Positions 10,435-20,521 of a stretch of DNA of 64,000 bases are shown here, piece after piece. Made by a program: the position numbers and the translations under genes. The stretch is from Cyanobacteriota bacterium (GTDB lineage Bacteria; Cyanobacteriota; Cyanobacteriia; Thermostichales; Thermostichaceae). The notes under the pieces were generated by a model. The model had not been told where the DNA came from, made no database searches, and saw only the letters and a program-made list of their open reading frames with translations. Positions within the stretch are counted from its first letter, which is position 1; the number at the start of each line of letters is the position of its first letter. The DNA is taken from contig JANRIL010000020.1 in the NCBI GenBank assembly GCA_033764955.1, positions 64,001 through 128,000 on the forward strand. Reading direction: 5' to 3'.

Positions 10435-10954
10435 AAGTTCATCAAGGTAAAAAACGCAGATAGTAGGGAGCGCAAGCCCTAAATTGAGGAAAGGAAACTC
10501 AGTTTAGTTAGGATAGCCCCATACCTAAGCATTGGGCTGAGGAGAAACAAAGGCTGACTGCCCCCTCAGCAGTTTACCAGTTGCCTTGTGACTCGTTAGA
10601 TAAGAAGTGTTACCTACCCACGGGCTGTTGTTGCCCCATTCGGCCAGTTAGCCATTCTCTGCTGAAAACCTCCTACTCTGGGGCTGCTTGCCTCGCAGTC
10701 AAAGAATCTCAAATCTGAAATCTGGTCAGACCCAGATCCCTGGTGTAAAGTTATGATTATTGGGATAGACATCTTCTGCTGCCACGTAGCCATCTGCAAT
10801 TGAGTCTTATGCAGAATATGTGTAAAGTGGTAGACGATATGCGTTATGGCTGTATCATGTCTTTCCAGGATTAACTGCTGACTTTGGCAGAGTAATATCT
10901 GAAAGCCCAAGGTACGGTTCTAATCGGTGTGAGGAAAAGAACAAGGAGAGAAAC

Positions 10955-12556
10955 ATGTCCGCGAATCATGCGAACCATTGGAAAACCCTGCTGGCTGGCA
11001 CCCTGGGTGCGGCGGCAGTTTTGACCCCAGGCATCGCTCAGGCACAACAAGTTGCCCAAGCCTCTGGCCCTGTGACAGCGATTTCTGAACTGTCTGATGT
11101 TCAGCCCACAGACTGGGCGTTTCAAGCTTTACAATCTCTGGTCGAGCGTTACGGTTGTATTGCTGGTTATCCTGACCGCACCTACCGTGGCAACCGAGCC
11201 ATGACTCGTTTTGAGTTTGCGGCAGGGATGAACGCTTGCTTAGACCGCATCAACGAATTGATTGCGGCTGGTTTGGCTGACAAAGTATCGAAAGAAGATT
11301 TGGCTACTCTGCAGCGCTTGCAAGAGGAATTTGCGGCTGAGTTGGCAGCACTAAAGGGTCGGGTTGACCAACTAGAAGCTGATGTTGCCGATCTGCAAAG
11401 CAAAGTCTTTAACCCCGTCACCAAGCTAAGAGCTGCCGTGATCACCGCTTTGGTGGGTAGTGCCTTGTCGGATGATCGCGTCATTGATGGTGAGACTGTG
11501 GTGGCTAGCGATCAAGCCAACATGACCTTGCCCTACCGCGTCCGGATGAACTTTGATGCTTCCTTCACCGGAAGTGATCGTTTAAGAATTCGTTTGCAGG
11601 CTCGTAACGCTAACACCCAGTTCTTCGATGGCGACCCTGGCTTGGGCTTTGGCGGTGGCGGTGGTGGAACTTTCACCCTAGCCAAGTTGTTTTATCAGTT
11701 CAACACCTTTAACGATGCCGTCACTGTCTTAGCAGGGATTGAGGGTACCGGTAACTTTGACCTCTACAACTACGGTACTCCTTTTGATTCTCTCTCTGAC
11801 TTTGCTGATGCCCCTAATAGCACCGGCGACTTTGGAGATGCTTTGCTTGGTTTCAAAATTCAACCGGGTGAGCAATTCTCCCTCTCCTACTTCTATGGAA
11901 CCGGTGGAAATGCTTCCAGCCTCGGAGATGGATTTGGGGATGCCGGTGTCACCGGTGGTGACACAGCTCACGGTGTGGAACTGGGCTTCACCCCTACCGA
12001 CACGATTGAGCTTTATCTGCAATTCCAAACCACCTATGTGCAGGATGCTACTACTGCGGGTGATTACCTAGCCAGTGGAACGACTTTGTTCCGTGGTCCT
12101 CTCTTCGTGGGTGAAGAGCCTGTTTCGGGAACCAGTGCCCGCACCAATGCCTTCTCCTTTGCGGCTAACTGGGAAATCACTCCTCGTGTTATCCTGTCTG
12201 GCTGGTTTACCACGGGTAACATTGACTATTCCCTCCCCAACGTGATCCCTGCCGGTACTGTGGATCCTGGAGATGAAGACTTCAATGGCTTCTTGATTGG
12301 TTTGGCTTTCCCTGACTTGTTTATCGAGGGTGCTCAGGGTGGAGTTGTCTTTGGTCAACCCATTGTGACCACCAGCAATGATGGAGTTTGGGATACTCGC
12401 CCCTTCATCTTTGACATCTACTACAGCTTCCCAGTCAATGACTACATCACCTTGACTCCGGCTGCTTATTTTGTCAGCAACCCCAACGGTGCCCTGCCTG
12501 GTGACAATGACCCCACCATTGGTGTTGGCGCTCTGAGAGCAACCTTCAGCTTCTAA
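10955..12556 (+). CDS. Cyanobacterial outer-membrane porin (SLH domain plus OprB-type barrel)
   Basis: Signal peptide; SDVQPTDWAFQALQSLVERYGCIAGYPD; C-terminal ...LRATFSF. Confidence 0.92.
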   Translation: MSANHANHWKTLLAGTLGAAAVLTPGIAQAQQVAQASGPVTAISELSDVQPTDWAFQALQSLVERYGCIAGYPDRTYRGNRAMTRFEFAAGMNACLDRINELIAAGLADKVSKEDLATLQRLQEEFAAELAALKGRVDQLEADVADLQSKVFNPVTKLRAAVITALVGSALSDDRVIDGETVVASDQANMTLPYRVRMNFDASFTGSDRLRIRLQARNANTQFFDGDPGLGFGGGGGGTFTLAKLFYQFNTFNDAVTVLAGIEGTGNFDLYNYGTPFDSLSDFADAPNSTGDFGDALLGFKIQPGEQFSLSYFYGTGGNASSLGDGFGDAGVTGGDTAHGVELGFTPTDTIELYLQFQTTYVQDATTAGDYLASGTTLFRGPLFVGEEPVSGTSARTNAFSFAANWEITPRVILSGWFTTGNIDYSLPNVIPAGTVDPGDEDFNGFLIGLAFPDLFIEGAQGGVVFGQPIVTTSNDGVWDTRPFIFDIYYSFPVNDYITLTPAAYFVSNPNGALPGDNDPTIGVGALRATFSF

Positions 12557-12585
12557 GATCTCTACTTAGGTTCTTAAATTTAGCT

Positions 12586-12616
12586 AAAGAGCTTTCCTGC
12601 GGGGAAGCTCTTTTTT
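12586..12616 (+). terminator. Rho-independent terminator after the porin gene
   Basis: AAAGAGCTTTCC-TGCG-GGGAAGCTC-TTTTTT. Confidence 0.8.
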
Positions 12617-12751
12617 GATGTATGTGGTTTGGGGATCCCATCCGCTCTTGATCACGGAAGTTCAGCCTGCCAACAGAAAGGCTTAATCAGCCTGGGATTT
12701 TGTCAATGGATCCCGCCTGCAAATGAGGCAGATCTTGGGGGTGTAGCCTGA

Positions 12752-12973
12752 TTGCCGTGGGTGATTGGGAACGTTAGACCTCCCAATCTGACTGCTGCTC
12801 AATTAGCGAGTTTGTATCGTATTAGCTATCAACTGACTTTTACGATGCTTCAACCTATTCATTTAATTTGTGTTGATGCGCGAACTCAAAATGTGTACGT
12901 CCTCGCTGGATATGACGAAGAGCTTGAGTTTCAAATTCTGCTCAATGGGGAGCCATCTGATGAGCCAGACTAA
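12752..12973 (+). CDS. DUF6888-like small protein (start uncertain)
   Basis: TAAQL...PIHLICVDARTQNVYVLAG...EFQILLNGE; overlaps the next gene, as in DUF6888/DUF6887 pairs. Confidence 0.6.
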   Translation: MPWVIGNVRPPNLTAAQLASLYRISYQLTFTMLQPIHLICVDARTQNVYVLAGYDEELEFQILLNGEPSDEPD

Positions 12974-13300
12974 TTATTCTGCAATGACTGATGCTGAATT
13001 AAAGCAATATTTTCTTAAACATCGTGGAGATCAAGCTGCTTTTCAACCATATAGTCATTCCAAATAAGAATGCGACCACCTAAATCTTGATATCCAAGCT
13101 TTGAGAGATTTTGGGTTTCTCAAACTAAATTGGAACAACTATATCTAGACAGAATTAATCAACGTCCACACAGGATTATTGCTAGTCCTGATGATCCTGA
13201 TTTTGATGAAAAAGTGCAAGCAGCAATTCGGCAAAAACTAAAAGCAGCAAGAAGCCGCCGCAATCAGCAGGCTAATAATTCAAATGCAGCGGACGGTTGA
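12960..13300 (+). pseudogene. DUF6887-like protein interrupted by a MITE
   Basis: MSQTNYSAMTDAELKQYFLKHRGDQAAFQP|YLDRINQRPHRIIASPDDPDFDEK... The frame is restored exactly when 13052-13141 and one TA are removed. Confidence 0.8.
13052..13141. mobile_element. 90-bp MITE of IS630/Tc1-mariner (ISY100-like) type
   Basis: TA target duplication (13050-51 and 13142-43). Terminal IRs TAGTCATTCCAAATAAG / CTAAATTGGAACAACTA (13/17 match). No transposase ORF. Confidence 0.8.
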
Positions 13301-13357
13301 GAACTGCTGGTGCTGAGTTCGAGGTCATCTACCGCCGCTGATTTGAGGCGGTTATCA
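13270..13357 (+). other. attC-like site (degenerate)
   Basis: GGCTAAT...CAAATgCAGCGGaCGGT...ACCGCCGCTGATTTG...GTTAT; arms pair with two extrahelical bases. Confidence 0.6.
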
Positions 13358-13366
13358 AAAAATGGG

Positions 13367-14875
13367 TTAGAGATCATCTAGGTGGATCCCGTCTGGCCAC
13401 GGGCGATCCCGATAGGGATACCAATAGTTCTTGCGCTCCATGATGTAGTCGATATGCACATGCTTGGGTTCGCGGAAAGCATCTAACCCTTCTTCCCCCA
13501 GTTCTCGCCCATTGCCACTCCAGCGCATTCCTCCAAACGGGGCGGCATCGTTGTCCGTTAAGGGATCATTCACCCAAAAAGTTCCCGCTTTGATGTTCTC
13601 CATCGCTTTCAGAGCATATTCCAAGCTGCGGGTATAGACGGAAGCCCCCAATCCAAACCGAGAATCGTTAGCCATCATAATCGCCTGATCCGCATCTTCG
13701 GCTTCGATGAGAGCAATCACCGGCCCAAAAATTTCTTCGGTGGTGGGCAGGCTACCGTGGCGGACGTTGGTTAACACCGTTGGCTCAAAAAAATGTCCGC
13801 ACCAATCCGGGATCCGTTGACCGCCCCGCAGCAGGGTGGCTCCCTCCTGGCAGGCTTGCCACACCTGTTTTTCCACTTTCTCCACAGCGTCGGCGGAAAT
13901 GAGTGGGCCAATGTCGGTTTCGGGGAGGAGGGGATCCCCCACCTTGAGGGAATGCACATGCTCCAGGAGTCGCTCACAAAACTCCTGAGCAATCGATTTG
14001 ACCAGATAGATGCGCTTAGAAGAGGTACAGACCTGTCCGGCGTTGAGAAGCCGTGCCCAGGCTACCCCCCGCACCGCTACCTCCAGATCCGCATCTTCAA
14101 AGACGATAAATGGATCGACTCCCCCCAGTTCCAGGTTGACCTTTTTCAGGTGTTGTCCGGCTACGGAGGCGATATGGCGACCCACCGCCGTCGATCCGGT
14201 AAAAGCAATCAGATCCACATCGGGGTGTTGAATCAGCGCCTCTCCGGTGGAGCCATCTCCGGTAATCACATTGACGACTCCCGGCGGCAAGATATCGTAG
14301 GCTTTCGCCATCAGGAGATTGGAAAGGGGATTTTGGTGAGGAGGCTTGCAAACTAGCGTATTGCCAGCGGCGAGTGCGGGGGCAACCTTCCAGGCCATCA
14401 GCAGGAGGGGAAAGTTGAAGGGCACGATCGCCGCCACTACCCCATATGGCTCTTTGATGGTGAAATTCAGTTGATGGGGAGCCACGGGAGGAATCGAGTT
14501 GCCCCGGCTGGCGCGTCCCACTTCGGCATAGTATTCAAAGCAAGCCGCCACCCACTCCACACAGTCCAGCGACTCGATCAAGGGCTTACCGGATTCACGG
14601 GTCAAGAGGAGGGCTAACTCATGCTCCATCCCCCGAATGCGGGATCCCACCTCCCGTAACAAGGCGGCTTTCTCTAGCCCCGGCATTTTCCACCAATCCC
14701 GTTGAGCTTGGCGAGCGGCTCGCACCGCCCCATCCACATCTTCAGCAGAACAGTCTGGTACGGTACTGAGGGTTTCTAGGGTAGCGGGATTGTGGATAGA
14801 ACGGCTTTGCTGGCTCTGTGAGGGGATCCACTGCCCATTGATATAAATCAGCTCCACACTCCCTATCCCCCGCAT
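13367..14875 (-). CDS. NAD(P)-dependent aldehyde dehydrogenase
   Basis: PFNFP, FTGST, LELGG, NAGQVC (catalytic Cys), EEIFGP. Confidence 0.92.
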   Translation of the reverse strand: MRGIGSVELIYINGQWIPSQSQQSRSIHNPATLETLSTVPDCSAEDVDGAVRAARQAQRDWWKMPGLEKAALLREVGSRIRGMEHELALLLTRESGKPLIESLDCVEWVAACFEYYAEVGRASRGNSIPPVAPHQLNFTIKEPYGVVAAIVPFNFPLLLMAWKVAPALAAGNTLVCKPPHQNPLSNLLMAKAYDILPPGVVNVITGDGSTGEALIQHPDVDLIAFTGSTAVGRHIASVAGQHLKKVNLELGGVDPFIVFEDADLEVAVRGVAWARLLNAGQVCTSSKRIYLVKSIAQEFCERLLEHVHSLKVGDPLLPETDIGPLISADAVEKVEKQVWQACQEGATLLRGGQRIPDWCGHFFEPTVLTNVRHGSLPTTEEIFGPVIALIEAEDADQAIMMANDSRFGLGASVYTRSLEYALKAMENIKAGTFWVNDPLTDNDAAPFGGMRWSGNGRELGEEGLDAFREPKHVHIDYIMERKNYWYPYRDRPWPDGIHLDDL

Positions 14876-14914
14876 GTTCTTGGCTCGATTGTAATCTGGA
14901 AAATTCTGAGAGAG

Positions 14915-16111
14915 TTAGCGATTGGCTCGATAGAGGAGGGCTAATCCCACCAGACAGCCAACCGTGTTGGGCAACCAAGCGGCAAGGGCTGGGCCTAAGG
15001 CTCCCGTTTGTCCGAGCGCCTGCATGACAAAGGAAAAAACGTAGTAGCCAAAAATAATCAACACACTGATCCCCAATCCCAGGGAGGAACTGGTACGCTG
15101 AGGCCGCAATCCCAAAGGGGATCCCACCAAAGCAAAGGTCAGGCAGGCAAAGGGGATCGCATATTTCAGATGCAGATGAACCTGCAACCGCCTCACCTGT
15201 TGCAGATCTCCAGAACTGGCCATCACCTGAATATGCCGACTCAGCTCACGGATATTCATCTCTTCAGGACTACGGGCTTCTTGCGCCAGATCGAGGGGGG
15301 CACGGGAGAGGGAGATGTCTTGGCGGGTGAAGGTGGCGATGTTGCTGTAGGTGCCATCCGGGGAGACGATATAGTTGGTGCCATCCAAAAACAGCCACGT
15401 GTTGGTTTCGGGCTGCCATTCTCCGGTGGCGGCTAACAAAATTTGGTTCAGCGATTCATTAGAAAAATCCAGGACAATAATGCCCCGCATAGTGCGTCCG
15501 TCAAAGCTGCGGGCATAAAACTGGCGGGTGAGTCCTTGGCGGCGGGTAACGGCTCCGTTGCTGTCTTGGCCGGTGATGTTGCCAAATTCCTGGTAGAGAA
15601 TGTTTTCCCGCCGAAATTGGGGATCCCGGTCAAGGGCGCGGTTGAGGGTAATCGCCGATTGGCGATTGGCGGAAGGAACCACCCACTCATTCAGGGCAAA
15701 AGTCAGGCTGGTCACCAGCAGGCTGAGGGCAATCGCCGGAACCACCAAACGATAGATGCTCACCCCGCAACTGCGGAGGGCAGTCATTTCACTATCCCCA
15801 GACAGTCGCCCATAGGCTAAGAGAGTGGCCAAAAGCATCGACATGGGAAAGGTCAGCACGATGATCCCCGGTGCTCGCAACGCAAACACCTGCAACGCGG
15901 CGGGGATGGGCAACCCCGATTCCGCTACCAGGCGAACTAACTCAAACAAAGAGCCAATCGCCATGACCAAACCCGTAAAAGCCCCTACCCCAAAGAAAAA
16001 GGGAAGCGCCATTTCCGAGATCAAATAGCGATCCATCATGCCTAGCGAAGTCCAGGCAGAAATCTTGGGGATCTTTGGGGTTGAGGGAAGGGAAGCTTTG
16101 ACAGGGATCAC
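14915..16111 (-). CDS. LptF/LptG family LPS export permease
   Basis: [34 protein letters not shown]. Confidence 0.9.
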   Translation of the reverse strand: MIPVKASLPSTPKIPKISAWTSLGMMDRYLISEMALPFFFGVGAFTGLVMAIGSLFELVRLVAESGLPIPAALQVFALRAPGIIVLTFPMSMLLATLLAYGRLSGDSEMTALRSCGVSIYRLVVPAIALSLLVTSLTFALNEWVVPSANRQSAITLNRALDRDPQFRRENILYQEFGNITGQDSNGAVTRRQGLTRQFYARSFDGRTMRGIIVLDFSNESLNQILLAATGEWQPETNTWLFLDGTNYIVSPDGTYSNIATFTRQDISLSRAPLDLAQEARSPEEMNIRELSRHIQVMASSGDLQQVRRLQVHLHLKYAIPFACLTFALVGSPLGLRPQRTSSSLGLGISVLIIFGYYVFSFVMQALGQTGALGPALAAWLPNTVGCLVGLALLYRANR

Positions 16112-16842
16112 AGACGAAAATTTTCTCCCAGGTAGTATTTGCGAACCAAGGGATCCGCCGTTAACTCGGTGGAGGATCCTTTAGCAAGAATGGCTCCATC
16201 GTTGAGGATATAGGCTCGATCCGTAATTTCCAGAGTCTCCCGTACATTGTGATCGGTGATCAAGACGCCGATGCCACGGTGTTTGAGTTTAGCCACCACC
16301 TCTTGAATATCGGCGACGGCAATCGGATCCACCCCGGCAAACGGCTCATCTAGCAACAAAAACTGTGGGCCATGAAATCCGGCAGCCAGGGCACGGGCAA
16401 TTTCGGCGCGCCGTCGTTCTCCCCCCGACACCTGTAACCCCAGACTGGCGGCTACATGGGTGATGCGAAATTCTTCCAGTAGCTGGGTGAGGCGCTGTTG
16501 CCAGAGGCGGCGGGGTACGCCGGTTTGCTCCATGATCAGGAGGAGGTTGTCTTGAATGCTGAGACGGCGAAAAATGCTGGGTTCCTGGGCGAGATAGCCG
16601 ATGCCCAGTTGCGCGCGTCGGTGCATCGGCAGGTTGGTGATATCCTGCTGATCGAGCCAAACATGCCCCCGATTGGGTTGCACCAGCCCCGTCATGATGT
16701 AGAAGGTGGTAGTTTTACCGGCTCCGTTGGGACCCAATAAGCCGACGATTTCCCCCTGTTCGATGTGCAGGCTGACATCACTCACCACTTCCCGCCGACC
16801 ATAGCGCTTACAAATATTCTCCAGACGAACTTTCATGGGCAT
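16108..16842 (-). CDS. lptB: LPS export ABC transporter ATP-binding protein
   Basis: [47 protein letters not shown]. Confidence 0.93.
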   Translation of the reverse strand: MPMKVRLENICKRYGRREVVSDVSLHIEQGEIVGLLGPNGAGKTTTFYIMTGLVQPNRGHVWLDQQDITNLPMHRRAQLGIGYLAQEPSIFRRLSIQDNLLLIMEQTGVPRRLWQQRLTQLLEEFRITHVAASLGLQVSGGERRRAEIARALAAGFHGPQFLLLDEPFAGVDPIAVADIQEVVAKLKHRGIGVLITDHNVRETLEITDRAYILNDGAILAKGSSTELTADPLVRKYYLGENFRL

Positions 16843-17029
16843 CCTCTAGGCTGGCAAGGATAACTGGCTAGGGGTTGGGAGGGTGGTCGGCGTTGCCGTA
16901 TCCACGTGACAGGAAACTCTGTTGATTATGGCGGTGATGAATCCGGGTTGGCTAGGGCATTTTTAGCATAGAACACCGTCGCCTCCCGTCTTAACTTCTG
17001 TTTTTAGGGATTTTTAGGAATTGACTGTC

Positions 17030-17863
17030 ATGGTGGATATTCACTCGCTGTTGAATCAGATCGCCCAGCAGGAACACCACGTCACGGATCAGCCGTTCTT
17101 AGCACCCTGCTTAGCGGGTGGCTCGGTTTGTACCCGCCTCAAGGGGTTGGTCTATACCTTTCGGGTAGAGCCAGCCGATTTTGCTGGTTGGGGGATCCTG
17201 CAAGCCGTGAATGCTCAGGTTGCCCGTTGGGTAGCCGAGCCGACCCTCATGCAAATCAGCGAGTATCTAAAATTGTGGCGACCTTTGCGCCTCTGGTTGG
17301 TGAAACCGTTATCGGGATCCGCTTGGTTGGGCTATCCCGTTAATGCCGGGGATATGCGGCAACGCTGGGGGTGGGTGAAACCGTTACCCGTGCATCTGGT
17401 TGAGGGAGGGGGACAGTTTGAGGGGATTGTGGCGCGCTGGGATGGCAAAACCTGTTGGTTTGCTGAGGCAGATCGGCGGGCGGATCCCCAGATCAGCCAG
17501 CAGTTGCAGGCACACTACCGCCGCTTCACCCCTCCGCAGCAGTTGGCCTTCCCAGGATTAACACCAGAGATGCGAGCCGCCTATCAACTGGCTAGCCAGG
17601 GATCCCAGGGTTTTGTCAAACACCAGCCGCCAGAGGATCGGCTAGCCGCTGCTCTGCGGATGGGGGGAGGGCAGTTGCAACACTACCGCGATCAGGGGGA
17701 CTATTGGCAGGTGAGCTGGTTGACTGCCGATGGAGAACCGCACATGAGCGCTATCGATCCCCAGGATCTGACGGTGATCAGCGCGGGCATTTGCTTGAGT
17801 GGGCGGGATCAAGATTTTGACCTGACATCGCTGGTAGGAGTTATGGAGGGCAAAAATGAATGA
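17030..17863 (+). CDS. Hypothetical protein
   Basis: Long ORF with host-like composition; motifs FLAPC..GG and SAGICLSGRDQDFDLTSLVGV; function not recognised. Confidence 0.75.
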   Translation: MVDIHSLLNQIAQQEHHVTDQPFLAPCLAGGSVCTRLKGLVYTFRVEPADFAGWGILQAVNAQVARWVAEPTLMQISEYLKLWRPLRLWLVKPLSGSAWLGYPVNAGDMRQRWGWVKPLPVHLVEGGGQFEGIVARWDGKTCWFAEADRRADPQISQQLQAHYRRFTPPQQLAFPGLTPEMRAAYQLASQGSQGFVKHQPPEDRLAAALRMGGGQLQHYRDQGDYWQVSWLTADGEPHMSAIDPQDLTVISAGICLSGRDQDFDLTSLVGVMEGKNE

Positions 17864-17899
17864 AATGGGTCTTAATGACGGTTGAGAACACGGATCAAC

Positions 17900-19036
17900 A
17901 TGCTCTATCGCCGCTTTGGTCAAACCAATATCCATATCTCGGTTTTTTCGCTGGGGCTGATGCGGCTGGTGTATGAAAGTCGAGCAGTGGCTCACCAAAC
18001 CCTGAAAGTGGCTTTAGCCGCAGGCATCAATCACTTAGAAACCGCTCCATCCTACGGAAATAGTGAAGTTCAATTGGCAGAACTGTTGCCGGAAGTATGT
18101 GCCGAATTGGGATTACAGCGCCCACAATTGGTCATCACCAGTAAACTCTTGCCAACCGGATCCGCGGCAGCGGTGCAGGATCGTTTACAGGGATCCCTAA
18201 CCCGCCTCAGGCTCAATTATTTGGATCTGTTGGCGTGGCATGGCATCAATTTGCCCGAGCATTTGGAGTGGGTGTTAGAGGTGGGGTTACCCGCCGTGCA
18301 GCCATTCATTGAGCAGGGAAAAATTCGCTTTGTCGGATTTTCTAGCCATGCTCCCTTAAGCCTACTGTTAGAAACTGTGCAGACGGGGGCTTTTGCTTTT
18401 GTCAATTTGCACTATTACTATTTTCATCAGCGGAATCAGCCCGTTTTAGCAGCAGCCCAACACCAAGATATGGGCGTGTTTATTATTTCTCCAGCGGACA
18501 AAGGAGGGATGCTTTATCGACCGCCCCTGCTCCTCCAGCAACTGTGTCACCCCTTCAGCCCCTTAGAATTTGGCTATCGGTTTCTCCTGGCGGATCCACG
18601 CATTCATACCCTCAGTGTCGGGCTGGCTCACCCCCAAGAAATTACCCCCGCCTTGACCGCTTTAGAATCTAGCCAGGACTGGCAACACTGGGGATCCCTG
18701 ATTGAGCAGCGTTTAGCGGATCAGATGCACCGTCGCCTCGGACCTGATCGTTGTGCCCAGTGCTACGCCTGCCTGCCCTGTCCGCAGGGGATCCCGATTC
18801 CCGAAGTTCTCCGCCTCCGCAACGGCGCAGTGGCTCTGGATATGACCGATTATGCCCAATATCGTTACAACATGTTGGGGCAAGCCGGCCATTGGTTCCC
18901 TGGGGAAAAAGCGGATAGCTGCCAAACCTGTGGAGACTGTCTGCCCCGTTGCCCTGAGCAATTGCGGATCCCGGATCTGCTGGCGGATGCCCATCAACGG
19001 CTGCAACAATCTCCGATTCGCCGCCTCTGGGAATAA
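17900..19036 (+). CDS. Aldo/keto reductase with C-terminal 4Fe-4S dicluster domain
   Basis: GINHLETAPSYG, GFSSH; CAQCYACLPCP and CQTCGDCLPRCP. Confidence 0.9.
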   Translation: MLYRRFGQTNIHISVFSLGLMRLVYESRAVAHQTLKVALAAGINHLETAPSYGNSEVQLAELLPEVCAELGLQRPQLVITSKLLPTGSAAAVQDRLQGSLTRLRLNYLDLLAWHGINLPEHLEWVLEVGLPAVQPFIEQGKIRFVGFSSHAPLSLLLETVQTGAFAFVNLHYYYFHQRNQPVLAAAQHQDMGVFIISPADKGGMLYRPPLLLQQLCHPFSPLEFGYRFLLADPRIHTLSVGLAHPQEITPALTALESSQDWQHWGSLIEQRLADQMHRRLGPDRCAQCYACLPCPQGIPIPEVLRLRNGAVALDMTDYAQYRYNMLGQAGHWFPGEKADSCQTCGDCLPRCPEQLRIPDLLADAHQRLQQSPIRRLWE

Positions 19037-19116
19037 CACCATTCACCCGCTAACCATAGCAAGCCGCAGCGAAAGGTGTAGAGTAAGAGATTAAGAGAGT
19101 GCAAGCAACCGTCGTC

Positions 19117-20376
19117 ATGGCTTGGTCGCGTCGTCATTTTTTGAGCAGTAGTGCGGCTTTGGCGCTTGGTTCTTGTGCGGCTCGCCGTACGGCTCCTGCT
19201 GTGGCTTCCTCCATCCGTTTTTGGACGATGCAGCTCAAGCCTACCTTTGATGCCTATATGCAGGAGCGGCTGACCGCCTTCGCCGGCATGGCGGAAGGTG
19301 TTCCTGTCGAGTGGGTGGATGTTCCTTGGGGGGACATGGAAAACAAGATTCTCACGGCGGTAGCAGCCAACACAGGGCCGGATGTCGTGAATCTCAATCC
19401 CCAATTTGCCTCCCGCCTCGCCGAAAAAAACGCCCTCGTCGATCTGGCTCCCCTACTTAGCCCCTCCCAGCAAGCCGTTTATTTCCCTAACCTCTGGCGA
19501 GCCAACCAATTGGGATCCGTCACCTTTGGCTTGCCTTGGTATGTCGCCACCGATATCACCCTTTACAACCGCGACCTGCTCCGTCAAGCGGACTGGGATC
19601 CCGATCAGCCCCCCCAAACCTACAGCCAGCTAGCCAGTGCCGCCATTCAGATCCGGCAAAAGACCGGCAAGCCTGGTTTTATGTTGACAATGGATGGCAG
19701 CCAGATGTTAGAGGCGATGGTGCTGATGGATATGGCCCTGCTGGATGAGGAGGGTCAAGCCGCCTTTGACGATGCCATCGGGCGAGAAGCTTTTGCCTAT
19801 TGGGTGGATCTGTTGCAGGCGGGCGGGATCCCACGGGAAACCCTGACGGAAAGCCACCGCCGTGCTATCGAGCTTTATCAGGCGGGAGAACTGGCCATGC
19901 TCTTGACGGGACCGCAGTTGCTCACGCAGATCGTGGAGAATGCCCCTCAGATCGCTCAGGTTTCTGATGTTGCCCCCCAAATCGCCGGCAGCCAGGGACG
20001 GAAAAGCGCCAGTGTCATGAATCTAGTGATTCCCCAAAAATCCCAAAATATCCCCGCCGCCCTTCAGTTTGCCCTGTTTCTCACCAACAGTCCCAATCAA
20101 TTGGCCTTTGCTCAGATCGCCAATACCCTCCCTTCCACCATCGCCACCGTCTCGGATCCCTATTTCACCCAGTCCACCTCCGACAGTCTGCTGGAGAAAG
20201 CCCGCCTTCTCAGTGCCGCTCAACTCAGTCAATCGGAAGTGCTGATCCCGCCCATGCAGGGTCTCGATGATCTCCGCAAAATTATCTATGAAGAACTGCA
20301 ACTGGCGATGCTGCAACAAAAAACAGTTGATCAAGCCGTTACCGATGCCGCCACTCGTTGGAACCAACGCCTCTAA
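19117..20376 (+). CDS. Sugar ABC transporter substrate-binding lipoprotein (Tat signal)
   Basis: SRRHFL twin-arginine motif, LGS-C lipobox, WTMQLKP, WVDVPW, PDVVNLNP. Confidence 0.88.
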   Translation: MAWSRRHFLSSSAALALGSCAARRTAPAVASSIRFWTMQLKPTFDAYMQERLTAFAGMAEGVPVEWVDVPWGDMENKILTAVAANTGPDVVNLNPQFASRLAEKNALVDLAPLLSPSQQAVYFPNLWRANQLGSVTFGLPWYVATDITLYNRDLLRQADWDPDQPPQTYSQLASAAIQIRQKTGKPGFMLTMDGSQMLEAMVLMDMALLDEEGQAAFDDAIGREAFAYWVDLLQAGGIPRETLTESHRRAIELYQAGELAMLLTGPQLLTQIVENAPQIAQVSDVAPQIAGSQGRKSASVMNLVIPQKSQNIPAALQFALFLTNSPNQLAFAQIANTLPSTIATVSDPYFTQSTSDSLLEKARLLSAAQLSQSEVLIPPMQGLDDLRKIIYEELQLAMLQQKTVDQAVTDAATRWNQRL

Positions 20377-20521
20377 CCGAGAGTGTTCTCAAAAAATCTT
20401 GGAACCAACCGTTGAAAAAATAGTCTTAAAAAAGTAGTCAAAGAAACCGTTTTCCGAAGTTTTTTCGACTCAACAGATGAGTGTTTAATACTTAACCATC
20501 CCCAAACAGCGGAGAGCCACA

